A DNA stretch of 64,000 nt, from positions 225,811,741-225,875,740 of the forward strand of contig CM041465.1 of NCBI GenBank assembly GCA_023213395.1, in the 5' to 3' direction. Source of the stretch: Cycas panzhihuaensis. Lineage: Eukaryota > Plantae > Cycadophyta. Of the stretch, positions 1 to 12,993 are shown in pieces (within the stretch, counting starts at the first letter, position 1; every line of letters begins with the position of its first letter). A program made the translations under genes and the position numbers. The notes beneath the pieces are model-generated. The model was given only the letters and a program-made list of their open reading frames with translations. It was not told where the DNA came from and ran no database searches.

Positions 1-2087
1 GACCCTAAAAGGGTCCAATCCATTATGAATTGGCCTATAGCCAAAAATATCACTAGCATCAGAGTTTCTTGGGTGTAGTAGGAATTTTATATTGTTTTAT
101 CAAAGTATATTTTGACATAGTCGCACCCTAAACTAATCTAATAAAGAAGGAAGAATTCTTATAGAATATATTAACAAAAGTGGTCTTCTAATCATTAAAG
201 AAAATTATAATAACTACCCTAGTTTTAGCCATACTAAATTTTAATAAGCCATTTGAGTTAGAATATGATACTTTGGGAGTTAGATTTGAAGTAATCCTAC
301 TCTACCAAAACCATCCTAAAGCTTATGAGAGTGAAAAAATGAACTCAAGAGAATATCTAAATCATATTTATAATAAAGGAATACTCACAATAATATATGC
401 CATCTACTAATAGTGCCAATATTTTATAGGGAGAATGTTCTTAGACAAAATAGATCATGGTAGCCTTAAATATTTTCTAAATAAAAAAATCATTATCAAA
501 CAAAAGCAAAAATAGGTAAGTTAGTTATAATCATTTATTTTTCATATTATACACAATAAAGTGAAGGTGAATGTAGTGGTATATGCATTATCTAAGGTTC
601 TAGAAGAAGCCACCCTCTAAGTAATTTTAATATCCACCCCCAAATGGATACAATACTTAACATATGAGTACATGTAAGATTCAATATCTTAGTAGATACT
701 CTAGAAAATCTAAGATGGGTTGTGGATAAGATATGAGTTTAAAGGAATCTAATACTATGGAAATATCTCTATCCCTCATACATCACCACTCAAGGATAAG
801 ATCTTCCATAACACATAAATAACACCATTATTAGACTATTTAGGCATTGATAAGACCTATTGGTAGATTTATAATAGGGTTTTTCAAGGGAATAAAAATA
901 TGCATCTACTAGTTTATATCAAAATGTGATATTTTCTAGAGAAATATATGTGAAAACATTAGAATTCTAGGACTACTTCAATCCTTACACATTCTAGATT
1001 GAAAGTGGAAAGAAATTTTGATGGGCTTTATTATAGGCCTTTCTAAATATGAAGGTAAACACTCAATTTTCATCATGGAAGATTAGTTAATAAAATATGC
1101 ATATTTCATAAGTATTCAATCTATAACTAAGTGTATCTAAATAGTTGACCTATTCATCAAAGAAATCCATTAACTACATAGCTTTCCCAAGGTGATAGTG
1201 CATGACTATGACTCTAAATTTATGAGTAATTTTTGGCAAGACATGTTTTATCAAATTGGAACCAAACTCACAATGAACACAACATATCATCCATATATAA
1301 ATGGCTAGATAGAAGCAATGAATAAATGTTTTGAAGGCTATCTTTGAAATTTCTCATTAGACAAATAACAACACTAGCATAAGTGTTTTTACCTTATCGA
1401 ATGTCAGTATAACACCACACATCACACATCAACAAAGATGACTCTCTTCTAAGTTTTATATGGGTATGAATCCCTATCTCTCCTCACATGGGCCAATAAC
1501 TCCCATGTATTGGTTATACAGGATTAACTAGAATATATGGCCTATATAGTATAAATCTTAAAATGCAACCTCAACCTAGTAAGAAACTGCATGAGGTAAT
1601 AATTAGATTTGCATATATCTAAATTATCCTTTAATATGGGAGACTAGTTATTTTTAAGGATTAAATGTTATAAGTATTTCATTCTCAAATAATTAAGGAA
1701 TTTAAAATAAAATCCATATTTTTATAAACCATATTATATTTTTAAACATGGTGGAAGAAGTAGCCTAATGACTCGATTTACCATCTAGTAGTAAGGTGTA
1801 TATTGTATTCCATATCTTATGCCTTAATCTAAAATTGGAACAAACTATCATATCCTAAGATGAATTCCTCATCTTAGATGACAATGGTAAACTACTTGTG
1901 GAACTAAAAGGCATCCTCTTAACTTAGACTAAGTAACTATGTTCAAAGGAGATTTATGAATATATGATCAAGTGGAAGGAACTCAATGAAGAAGATGGTG
2001 TATGGGGATTAGAAGCATGGTACCAATAGCATTTGCACGTCCCTATACTTTGAGGAAAAATCATATACTTAGGGGAAGGGGAAAACT
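1..2087 (+). pseudogene. pol: Decayed Ty3/gypsy chromovirus pol 3' half (RT end, RNase H, integrase, chromodomain)
   Basis: Manual translation gives DPKRVQSIMNWP..FLGVVG (RT thumb), NFNKPFELEYDTLG..IDHGSLKY..NVVVYALS (RH), GLLQSLHI..KWKEILMGFIIGL..TYHPYING*IEAMNK (INT) and YEYMIKWKELNEEDGVW (chromodomain), with many stops and frameshifts. Confidence 0.9.
2069..2082 (+). other. Polypurine tract of the chromovirus
   Basis: TTAGGGGAAGGGGA directly after the chromodomain, preceded by the chromoviral-type TTGAGGAAAAATCAT motif. Confidence 0.7.
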
Positions 2088-2596
2088 CATAACATTTCTT
2101 CCAAATTGCCAACTAACTCCATCTTCTCTTTTTATTCACTCTTTCTTTAACCATATTAGGGCTGGTCTTATTTTTTATAATATTCTCTCCCTTATTAGCT
2201 TAAAAATTAACTTCCACTATGACACTTTTTACTTTGACATAAAATATGCATAGCCCTCATTTTAATCATTATGGTGGAATAGTTACTAGAGCTCTTGAGT
2301 TGCCTTCCTATTTGGGACTATTGTAGCAGGATACTTCACTTCAAAGAGGGTACATTTTTGTGATACTCATTATTGTAAGTATTTAGATAATTTCTTGTAA
2401 ATAATATTGAACTGTTATGGTTATTTTTTATAATTAACATATATTTATGAATGTATGAGATCTGCTTCCTATTGCTTTAGAATTATCTTAATATTATATG
2501 ATATATCTAGAGGTTGCTTTATGAAAATAACAAAAATGTGTGTGAATTTAGTTGATTAGGTGTGAATCCCCACTAGATTTCCCATAGAATTTTACA
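2088..2596 (+). repeat. Probable 3' LTR of the chromovirus (borders approximate)
   Basis: Follows the PPT, starts CATAAC (decayed TGTAAC) and ends ..TTTTACA. The partner LTR is not in the window, so the right border is unverified. Confidence 0.4.
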
Positions 2597-3289
2597 AGAC
2601 AAGTAGTTACTTATTGGATATAACTTCTAAAATAACCCTTAATTACTTTATAACTTGTATTATAAGTTGCATCAACTTTAGACTTCAAACAATGGATAAA
2701 TACATAACTTAATAGTTAGTAGTACTTACTTTTAATGGATGAGAGATTGTTTTAGTTCGTACCTCACGTGTTCTATAATTATAACTCATAATGATCTTCT
2801 TATTTTTTGGAACTTAATGTCTATTTTAGAAATGGCCTAGGCAATTAAAGGCATCTAACAAATAAAATTAATATATTTTTAGTTTACATATCTATACTAA
2901 TACTTCTAATATATTATTCTTTCATATTAGTTTTCTTACTTTACCTTAATATAAAAACTTAATATTATTTAAATATTTTACAATTCATCAAAGTAACATT
3001 TTTGTTTATCCTTAAGATATACGTGGGACTAAGATCCCAGTTTTGAATAATTTCCATTTCAATTCTTAGATGCTCATACTAAAACCAAATGTGATTTTGA
3101 TTAAGAAAAAACTAACCTCTTATTACTTAATTAGGTTGTGGGTTCTTTAAAGTACATAATATGAAAAAAAAAAAAAAAAGTAAAGATAAAGTTAACTAAC
3201 TATTTAAACTTACACTTTCTAAGAGACTCTAAAAGGAATTTATAATTATAAATTTTTAAATCAAATAAATAAGTACATTTGTTATTGGG

Positions 3290-3540
3290 TTGTGAGTTTA
3301 ATAAGAAATCTTGGTAGATTTATATCAATAAACTCTCTTGAATGGTAACATTAATTATAAATATTTAGTATGCCTACTCTCATTTCCCATCATCATTTTT
3401 TAAAATTACAATTAAAAATACCAAAATAAATTAGATTATGAGTCTACTAAGAAATCTAAGTAGATTCTTATTAAAAAACCTTCTAGTTATTAATATTAAT
3501 TATATACATTCATTATGCCTACTCTAATTTTCTCTCCTCT
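3290..3540. repeat. Degenerate ~147 bp tandem duplication
   Basis: TGAGTTTAATAAGAAATCTTGGTAGATT..TATGCCTACTCT at ~3293/3370 recurs as TGAGTCTACTAAGAAATCTAAGTAGATT..TATGCCTACTCT at ~3439/3514. Confidence 0.6.
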
Positions 3541-4031
3541 TTGTTCAACATTAATTCATTCAAAACATGACATAATAAAATAAATAAAATCACAGTGTAT
3601 TATTATAAGTCTGCAACTAACTATAATCTTCTTATGATCCATATCAGTGATAAGAGAAGATATAATTTCTCTTATATGAAGTGATACATTCCTTCTCTCT
3701 AAAGTTAGCCTTGTCTAGTATATTTTCCATCTATTTTCAAGATGTATAAATTAATGGTCATAACTCATCCTATCCCATTAATGCTAATTAGTTATTGATA
3801 ATCTAGTACTTTACCTTCTAGAAATACTTCATGAAAAAATATGAAATAGATATCATCCATTATCTTGATCATACATAACAAGAATTTAAAGAATAATACA
3901 TAGGTATTTACATGGGAATCTCTTGTAGGAGAAAACCCACAATTGAAACATGATAATTTTAGTATATTGAAATGCATTTGGTTTAGTAACCTACTAAGGT
4001 TATTTAACTTTAATGGTTTGACTTGTAAGGG

Positions 4032-4199
4032 CTTAATACATTACTACAAACCATTATGAGGTTTGTTTTTTAAACACCCTAAATAGTGCATCTCACTAAT
4101 CACTATGACCCATCACTTAATACATCACTACAAACCATTATGGGGTTTGTATTTAAAACACCCTCAATAGTGCACCTAACTAATCACTATGACCCATCA
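4032..4199. repeat. 84 bp tandem repeat, 2 copies
   Basis: CTTAATACA(T/C)ACTACAAACCATTATG..CACTATGACCCATCA starts at 4032 and again at 4116. Confidence 0.9.
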
Positions 4200-6199
4200 T
4201 CATGTCATGTGACTATGATAATTGTGTCTCTTTACATCTCATTAGACCTCTAGCTAAACCACATAAGTCATTAAACTAGTACATAGTTAATATTAATTGA
4301 GTTTGGTAGCATCCCTCCTTAATGCAAATTGGGATCATATTTTCTAATCAATTTTATTATCACAAAAGAAGGTGAGAAGTGCCATTGCTATATTTTTTAC
4401 ATTTGATACATCCCTCCTTAAAGATAATTTCACTTAATTAAATCTGACATGCTTTTAAGTCCCTAAATATTTACATAGCTTCTATATATGCTACATACCA
4501 AGAAAGGTATTTGCACCTTTTAATGGGCTCAACTACCTCTCTTTAACAGTTGTTTTTATAACGAACGCACTCTAATTAGTCATGCAATGACTTCTAGCTT
4601 TCCAAGTGGCTTCGTTTGCATTATACATGCTTCATATGCAAGTAATATGTAACAAAGTGGTTTCTCCAATACTTGAAGAAATCACAAGGGGATTTATATG
4701 ACTTAAACATAGCCCTCTATGGCTTTTACCTACATTGATATAGCCTCCTATGCCATAACACAAGTTTAATACAATTCAAATATCTGTAAAGATCTTTATA
4801 ATAGCATAAATACTTTACTTGATAAGTGAATATATATTTCAATAGGTATACATAGAGTGCCTCACTTTAAATGCTTCATTATAGTTTCATTATATTTGTA
4901 GTATAACATATATTTCCTTAAGTGGCTCTCAAAGGTGTCAAAAACCTTACCATCGCCTTAACACTCCCTTAGTATTCACACAGTCCTCATATAGCTTCAC
5001 TGACAAAAAATGCTTCATATGTAGCTTCTAAAGCTTCAAACGCATCACCTTTTCCTATATCTATATTAGTGCATTTTCAAATAGCTTCAAGTGATCGTAA
5101 AACCATCTCAACTATATTCATTTTATTGATAAAATTTAAACACTTTGAATGGGTTAAATGTGGCTTCCTTTCTCCAAAATTCATATATGTAGCCTCCATG
5201 ATGGCTTTCATAAGGTTTGCATATCAAATATAGCCTCACATATACTTCATACTTCTCTGAATTATTTCAATAGTATTTCTATCCTTAAAAAACCATCCCT
5301 AAAGCTTCAAAATATACTAATGTAGCTTTATGTATAATACATAAGCTCTATACATTCTTTACTACTTCAAAATCTCTTTAAAATAACTTCATATAGCTTC
5401 ATATAGATTTCAAACAATTTCTTATTAGATACTCAAGCTTATATTGGCTTTATGATTGTAATATTTTATATTATACAACTTCACATGTGGCTCACACATT
5501 CACACATATCCCCCATGCTTTGCTCTACTTTAATAAGCTCTTTCATGACCTTCACATGCTCTCGTGTGGAATGAAATCACTTTATCAAGTATTAGATGCT
5601 TCATATGCATTAATAATAGCTCTATTTTTCTTTGTATAACACTTACTTAAGCTCTGCACTACTTTATATAGCTCCCACACATTTTGTTTTGCTTTGAATG
5701 GATTTGAAGTTAGCTCAAATGGCCTTCAAACACTTCCATTGCCTTCAAATGGCTTGTATAGAGGTAAAATTGCCCCATGTGGTCTTCAAACATCATATAT
5801 AGCATTAAAGGTTGGATCAATGGCCTAGGAGGTTAAGTAGAAAGACTAAAATATAAAGAAATATGGCTAAGAAAAACACCACATTTGTATAAAGACTCTT
5901 TATTTTAGTTTCTAAAAAGTATTAAAGGTTGGATCAATAGCCTAGGAGGCTTTGAACTTGATCATAGATGAATGGAGATTTCTTAGAAGTTTTCATTCAA
6001 CTCCCATATAGTAGGAATAAGAGGATTCATCTAGGGGACTCATCAAAAAGGACTCAAGTTAATTAAACTTATTTTGTAAAGAACATTTCCTAGATATCAT
6101 GGTAATAACTTTTAAAGAAGGAGAAACCAACACCAAAGTGAAGATGAGGATGAAGAAAATACCTTACCCTAGATGACCAATGATCCTCTAGATCACAAG

Positions 6200-6730
6200 G
6201 TCATGATGTACACGATAAGATTTAAGACATTATCCCTAAATTTTTTAGTAATGGTTCAATAACTAAAGAGAAACATCTAAAATTCTTTCCTCTCATAATC
6301 AAGATGTTCAACATCACACATGTTGATATAACTATAAGATTGTTCATACATTTATTAGAATGATAGGCTATAAATTAGTTTTAAGGCCTACAACATGGTT
6401 TTGTTACTAACTAAGGCACTTTAATGGTCACATTTGGGCCTAAATATTTTAGTTCAGGGTTAAATGCTTTTATAGTTAAAGAACTGACAACTATTTAAAG
6501 AGGGCCTAGGGAAATGATTTTTACATTTATGGAGAGGTTTGAGAAGACTATTATTTTTATCTCAATTGGTGAGAAGCTATCTAACCAATCTTAATTCAAA
6601 TATTTTTTAGAAGGCATTGATCATGAAACATACATGGCAGTAATGGGTAAGTTCTTAAGAACTTTCAATGAGGCTAAGGATATAGTTTTAGAATTTGAGA
6701 GAATGATGAATAGATTTAGAAAAATAAATT
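6200..6730 (+). pseudogene. gag: Tat-type gag (retrotransposon gag domain), decayed
   Basis: IIPKFFSNGSITKEKHLKFF..THVDITIRLFIHLLE**AIN*F resembles the Tat gag motif LPKF.G...EEHL..F...HEDV..RLF..SL.G.A..WF. Confidence 0.75.
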
Positions 6731-7369
6731 CAATATATACTACACCCTTACCAAAAGAGAATATTTGAACTACTCATAACCCTAACCAATGTTCTCAAGC
6801 ACTTTTTAGAAGGATGAATAATGATTTACAATACTGGAAGAGACAAGTAAAAGAAAACGATACCCAATAACTAGTCATTATATTTTCATGACATGATCAT
6901 GGCTTTGTTTGTCAATTCAAACCTAGAAGACACATAGGATGTAGAAAACATGAACTTAACCATTATGACTAGAGCACAAAATACATGACAAGGAGTCCCT
7001 AATAATGATAAAAATTAGAGGAGTGACAATTCAAGACTTGTTGATCAAAATGTTGGGCATTTAAATTATAGAGTGATAAATAATAATGTGTCAAATCCAC
7101 CATATAAAGCTCAAGACAATCCAACTAGATAAGTTATAGAGGAGTATGATATAATAAGAGACTTATAAAAATACTCTATTAACATGAGTTTATAGAAAGC
7201 CCTAAAGCACCCAAATCAAAACAAGAGACTTATAGAAATGCTTTAGTCTACTTGAGTAAGCAGTAATACAAAAATATGTATAATAGAGAAGGAAGAAATT
7301 ATGTAGACTACTTATTTGCCAACTTGTTCTAAGAATCTTGCCTTCTATGTTTCCATGTATATTTATGAT

Positions 7370-7731
7370 AACTATATACTTCATAATTGTATAGTAGATA
7401 CAAGGGTTGCTCATAATGTTATACTCTATATAGTTATAAAGGCACTAGAATCAGACTATTCTATAATAGATTAATTAGTTAAAGCTTTTAATTCATGATC
7501 ATCATGTACATTGAGATAAATAAAGACCTAACACTCACTCTCATTTCCAATACTAATGTTTTGGATCTAGTAATGATAGTAGTTGTTGATATACCACCAA
7601 TTTACAAAATTTTATTGGGTAGAGATTGGGTAGTGGATATTAGCATTATACCTAATGTTTGCATGAAGATTATTACTTTTCTATTGGGTAATTATCTAAT
7701 TACTATTCATAAGAGGATAGACATCCTATGA
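7370..7731 (+). pseudogene. Aspartic protease, decayed
   Basis: LHNCIVDTRVAHNV (catalytic-motif region) and VVVDIPPIYKILLGRDW (C-terminal motif, ORF 7495-7731). Confidence 0.8.
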
Positions 7732-7869
7732 AGGTTCAAAATAGAGAGGATAATATACTTAGTTACCTATTTAAAGACACTAGGTTAGGGACTTATTTAA
7801 TCTTCACTGAAGAGGAATCATTACCAACTAAAGAGGATGCAGAATATCATGCCTTGAAAAAGTTAGATG

Positions 7870-8260
7870 CACTAGTTTGGACTCTGTATTTTAACAACAC
7901 TAAATCTAAGTTCAAAGTAGGAGTTGGTGTAGTATTAATATCTCCTCTAGGACATTTTTTTCTATTTTCTTATAATTTAGCCTTTAATTACATTAATAAC
8001 ATAGCAAAATATGAAGCTCTTATACTCAGTTTATAAAAGGCATGTGACTTTAAGGTTAAAGAATTAAAAGTCTTAAGAGATATATAATTGACTATTATGT
8101 AGGTTCGAGAAGTATATGATATTGCATATGACAGATTGAGAACATACAAAGTAAGCATCTCAAAATTAATGAATGATTTTGAAGCATTTAATATATAGCA
8201 CATCCTAAGGGATGAAAATTAATTTGCAAATTCATTAGTTATGGATGCATCATCGATGAA
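7870..8260 (+). pseudogene. Additional archaeal-type RNase H (aRH) between PR and RT, decayed
   Basis: WTLYFNNTKSKFKVGVGVVLISPLG..FNYINNIAKYEALILSL..ELKVLRDI*L..HILRDEN*FANSL matches the WxLYFDG..GAGxVLISP..TNNxAEYEAL..GDS..HIPRxxNxxADxL pattern. Confidence 0.88.
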
Positions 8261-8430
8261 TAGAGAAGATGTTGTTAGCCATAGAAAGGGATCTTAGAGG
8301 TAATTATTAGTTCTATTATCTTTGATAATTTAAGTTATTAGCATATATTTAAGAATGAGGAGCAATTAATAAGGTTCATATTAAGTGAAGATGAGTTCAT
8401 AAGATTTTGTATAGATGAAATTGAGTTAAT

Positions 8431-8878
8431 TGTTGGGTGTAATGTCATCACTCAACTCCCTCTTACCTACCAGGATTGTGCACCTCAATTTAGACATGTG
8501 ATGCTCAACATGTCAAGGTAAGTTAAGGTAAGTTGAGTTAGTTTCATTTGAGTTAAGTTAGTATTATTTTATTATTAATTTGAATTCAGGGGTTGAGGAG
8601 TTTCCCTCCTCCCCCAAACTATAAATGTTAAGGGGTGTACAACCCTGGTGTCTTTAGACACCACCTACTTTTGAGGAAGATTTGTAACACTCATTCTGCT
8701 ACAATGGATTGAACAACAAGGCTCTCATGTGGCTATGCTATTGTAATGGTGATACACTGCTGTATTGATGCAATACTAGTTTGTACTTATTTGATATATG
8801 TTCTAACCTGTTAGTTTGCAAGCATATTTTCTATCATTTTGTATTAGAGCATTGTGGCTCCATATATTGTTTCCTACA
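8431..8878 (+). repeat. 5' LTR (448 bp) of Copia-derived element
   Basis: TGTTGGGTGT..TTCCTACA, near-identical to 12923-13313, with a TATAAAT at 8620-8626. Confidence 0.95.
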
Positions 8879-8880
8879 TT

Positions 8881-8892
8881 TGGTATCAGAGC
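8881..8892 (+). other. Primer binding site, tRNA-iMet type
   Basis: TGGTATCAGAGC 2 nt after the LTR end. Confidence 0.95.
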
Positions 8893-10299
8893 AGGCGATT
8901 GCTGACCTGCTGAAGCTTTGAAGAAGAGCACTAAGATCTACTGGCACTTTACAACAGATTTTTTTTTTACAAGCAATATATATTAACTAGATTGGTTTTC
9001 TGAAATTTTTAGCAAGTTCTATATATTATTATTTTCATGATTTTGATTATTTTTGAGCTATATTTACGGTTCAACAAATATTCGAGATCTATTTTCAGAT
9101 TTGTGCAGATCTACAAAGGATTTTCAGCAGCAAGCTATATACATTTAAGTTTATTCTTATATTTGAGTTATTTTTACATTCGGATCTCTGATTTATCATA
9201 TATTTTGTGATTTACAAGTTTTTTATCTACTTATTTGATATATTTTTTGCAGATTTGCAAAAGAGCATCAGTTGCATGTAAAAGTTATCAAGTTTTTTCA
9301 GAGATCTACAACTTATTACTTGGATCCGCTAATTTCTATTATAAACTGCTTATTGTATCGCTTTTTTCAAAGATTTTATGCTATATTTAACTCAGATCTA
9401 CATATTTTCATTATATTTCTGACTATTTTTCAAGATTGTTACAGATCTATAGTTTTTTGGGCATATTTAGCCGTCTGCAATCTTGGAGAATGCACTTGGA
9501 AATTTGAAGAAGCCTGCTATAAATACGTTTTAGTTGCTCAACCGTCCGACTTTAACATAGCTATATATTTGCTCGTTGAGATTACAGCGAGCTCACCGTC
9601 TTTGGAGAAGACGGATCTGGATTCCATCTCTTGTGGAGAAAGATCTCCCGCTCGGAAGTTTGCTCTCCATACGGAAACCAGGTTCCTCGTTTCATTTTTT
9701 ATTTTTAATATATGTCCCTTATTTGCTCCTTTTGATCTCCGATATATATGCACTTGAATATATATGTACTTGATAGATTTATAGTTTATATACTGGATTA
9801 TTTTTTACAATTTGTACATTTATTTACAAACATATATAGCCGTTTGTTGGTTCTCTCTGCTATTGAGCCGTCCCGTCTCTGTGCACATTCATCCCGTCTT
9901 CTGTGTGGCCTCAAGGCCGTCCCGTTTTCTGCGTGCATTGTTCTGTGTTAACTCTGGCCATCGCCCTATATTCTCTGCACACCCATGTCACCACGCTGTC
10001 GTTGAACACCTCGTATGCTTTGCGTTTTGAATGCCTCGGTCACGTCACCACCTCTGCGTTGAACGCCTCAGTGTGCTGCGTTTTGAGCAGCTGCGTCGTA
10101 GGCGTTCCACGTTTGATTGCCCTTACGCTCTCTATATTCCAATCTCGCGGTTGCATTTCTTTGCGTCGCCCCATTTTATTGCATCACCGTCTCGTAGTTT
10201 GATGGTCCTTGTTAGTTTATTGCATCGCCGCCGCCGTGGTATTTAATTGCGTCTGCGTTTTAATTTCCGTATACGCAGCGTTTGTATCTCCGTGATTAA

Positions 10300-10400
10300 C
10301 TGTCTCCGTTTGGGTTTGGATTCGAAGCCCGTTTGGGTTTGGATTCGTCGCCTCCGTCTTCGCTGTCTCCGTTTGGGTTTGGATTCGGCGCCTCGGTCTT
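10300..10400. repeat. Three copies of CCGTTTGGGTTTGGATTCG
   Basis: Exact 19-mer at ~10306, ~10329 and ~10369. Confidence 0.9.
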
Positions 10401-10490
10401 CGTGGTTATCGGCGCGCTTGCGTCAAAGGTCTCTGTTCAGCTCTGTAGCATTTGCTCTGGCAATCGGTTTGGTCCGTTTGGGCCCGTGCG

Positions 10491-10695
10491 TGTTGCTTTT
10501 CCAATCTGCATTGCTTTGGCGCGTTTGAATGTGTATTTATTGTTTTTCCAATCCGCATTGCTTTGGCGCGTTTGAATGTGTATTTATTGCTTTTCCAATC
10601 CGCAATCGTTGATCTTTTTGTGAACCTTTGATCTCCGTTCCACGGGTTTTGCATGTGTATTTATTGCTTTGGCCCGTTTGAATGTGTATTTATTG
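10491..10695. repeat. ~47 bp tandem repeat, about 4 full or partial copies
   Basis: TTGCTTTTCCAATC(C/T)GCATTGCTTTGGCGCGTTTGAATGTGTATTTA repeated. It explains the duplicated FQSALLWRV in the ORF track. Confidence 0.9.
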
Positions 10696-12220
10696 CTCTC
10701 GGCTGCAGATTTGATTTGCGTGGCCCCCCAATCGGCGTTTCTCTTTGATCTCATCGCTATTGCTTTCCGATCGGCTTGCTGCATATTCAGCTGCGTTTGG
10801 GATCTGCCCTTGCGTTGGCATTTGTGCCATTCTTTAATCGTATTTAGGCGTTGCCATATTGCATTGCGTTGCGTTCTTGGTTATGCGCTTTTTATATTTA
10901 TTATTAATCGTATATATGCGTTGGCATCTTGCGCTGTACGTTTCTTAACGTTGCATTTTGTGATAAATTACATTATTATTGTTCATTTTTATTTATTCTA
11001 TATTTTAAAATTTGTGTTAAAAGGGTTTACGTTCTGTTTTAACTCGACGAGCGAGTTCACCCTCCTGGTATCGGAGGTTTTCTGTTATCTGAGTGGTCTC
11101 GGGTTCAATCCTAGCCCAGTTCAGTTTCCGACTATTTTTTAAAGAAGTTTTTTCATTTCTAAACTTTATTTTTTTTTAAATTTCAAAATTTTATTTTTTC
11201 ATAGGGTTATTGGCGCATTTTCGGCCATAACTTCTTTTTGGCTCATCGGTTTCAGACGAAACCTGCGCCATCAGCTCAGAAATTTTCCGTAGATCAATTT
11301 CGACTGGTCATAAGACCGTTTTGGTGCCCATTTGACCTCGTTTCACACCTTTTAACATTGGACTTTCGAAATTTCAGCAGTTTTTACATTTTTGATAAAA
11401 TCGGTTTTGAACTAGCTGCTATTTATTGTTGGTAAATTGTTTTGTGTCTGAATTTCTTCTATAGCAATCTACGTCATATAGACTCCAATACCCATCTTTT
11501 ACTTTAATTTTTTGACTTTATTTTCACTGATTTTTTAATCGTTAAAATAAGAAATTTAGTTGATTTTACTGTTTTTGAACTTTCTCCATAAAGATACTTG
11601 TCACTTTTTCACTATAACTTTTGCAATTTTTATCAGATTTCATTTCCGTCAGCTTCGTTGGGAAGCTGACTCATTTCTCTTCACTGTGATATATTTTTTC
11701 ATATATTTTGACATATTTTGCTTATATTTCAAATCAGCTAAAGTTGAGTCATTTTATTGGCCTAAATCTGTTGTTTTTTACACCTATTCAATATATTTTT
11801 TCAAAATTTTCAATTGGCAGAATATTGATTACTTTATATATAATATTTGATCATTTGTTCAAATTTTCCTGAGATTAATTAGTACTTTTATACAATTTTT
11901 GCCTACCTTGCTCCTGTTAGGCTCCATAAGGAGGTCATTCTCTTAGCATCATTCAAAACGTGACTTATTGGTATCCATTTTCAAAACCGTCTATTTTATT
12001 GGATTCACATCTCATCAATCTACATATTGATAAAATTTTAAGCTATTCTGACCTCATTCAATATAGTTTTCAATCTGTTAAAGTTGAGTATATATATACA
12101 TCCTAACAAGCTTGTCTTCGTTCAAAATTTTAAAGAAAATTCTAGTTTCTATCTCATTGTTTATTCAAGATTTCTACTTGATCTTATCATCATTTTCTTA
12201 TTGATTAAATTACTTTCAAA

Positions 12221-12993
12221 ATGGCACAATTCCCCATTTTCAATGGCCATAACTATTCACTATGGTATGATACTATGCACACTTACTTTATTGAACGCAA
12301 TCTTTTGAAGTATTTACAACATGAATATGACCTTAGCCTTAAAGAAAATTTTAGAAAAGATAATGAAGTGTTAGGTTTATTATTTTGCACTATGACTGAT
12401 GATGTCTTTTCATTAGTTTACAATTAACAACATCTAAGTCTGTTTGGGATTTATTGATTTCCATTTATGGGGGAGATATCCCCACTGTATTTGATGAAAC
12501 TTTTGATGAGCATGTGAGACAGGTGACAGAACAGGTAGATCATAACGACAACACCAATGAAGATTCAGATCAAATGCAGGACCACCTTGTTGCACAAGGG
12601 TTTGATCCTCCATTTGAGGGGGAGCATCATGAAGACGAATCTTATGACATAACGAAGAATGAACCTGGTGATATGACAACTGTTCAAAGCATAAAGAGTA
12701 TAAAAGTTCAAGTCCAAATTATAGCTACTCATCTACTTTTGCATCAAGTTTCATCTACCTATAGTCTTCCTACATCATTCTATAATAAAGAGATATATGT
12801 GACTATAAGGGTGAGAAGCATTGACAAAGATCAAGATTGGAATTTCAAAGTTTTTTTCAAGTACCAGTTCCACAAGTTCAAGGAAAAGATACAAGTGTTC
12901 GTGCTGACATTAAGGGGGAGAATGTTGGGTGTAATGTCATCACTCAACTCCCTCTTACCTACCAGGATTGTGCACCTCAATTTAGACCTGTGA
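12221..12993 (+). pseudogene. gag: Minimal Copia polyprotein remnant: gag N-terminus fused to RNase H C-terminal tail (one frameshift near 12420)
   Basis: FPIFNGHNYSLWYDTMHTYF..LLKYL and, after the shift, TTSKSVWDLLISIYGG (copia gag motifs). The tail DKDQDWNFKVFFKYQFHKFKEKIQV..LRGR resembles the copia DQxADIFTKxL..F..FR.KL..LRG end running into the PPT/LTR. Confidence 0.7.
12912..12922 (+). other. Polypurine tract
   Basis: AAGGGGGAGAA immediately before the 3' LTR TG. Confidence 0.9.

Noticed and set aside
9272-11850. Cluster of overlapping ORFs as real genes
   Set aside because: They arise from A-poor, GC-rich repeat sequence with few stops, overlap in several frames on both strands, and show no recognisable domain.
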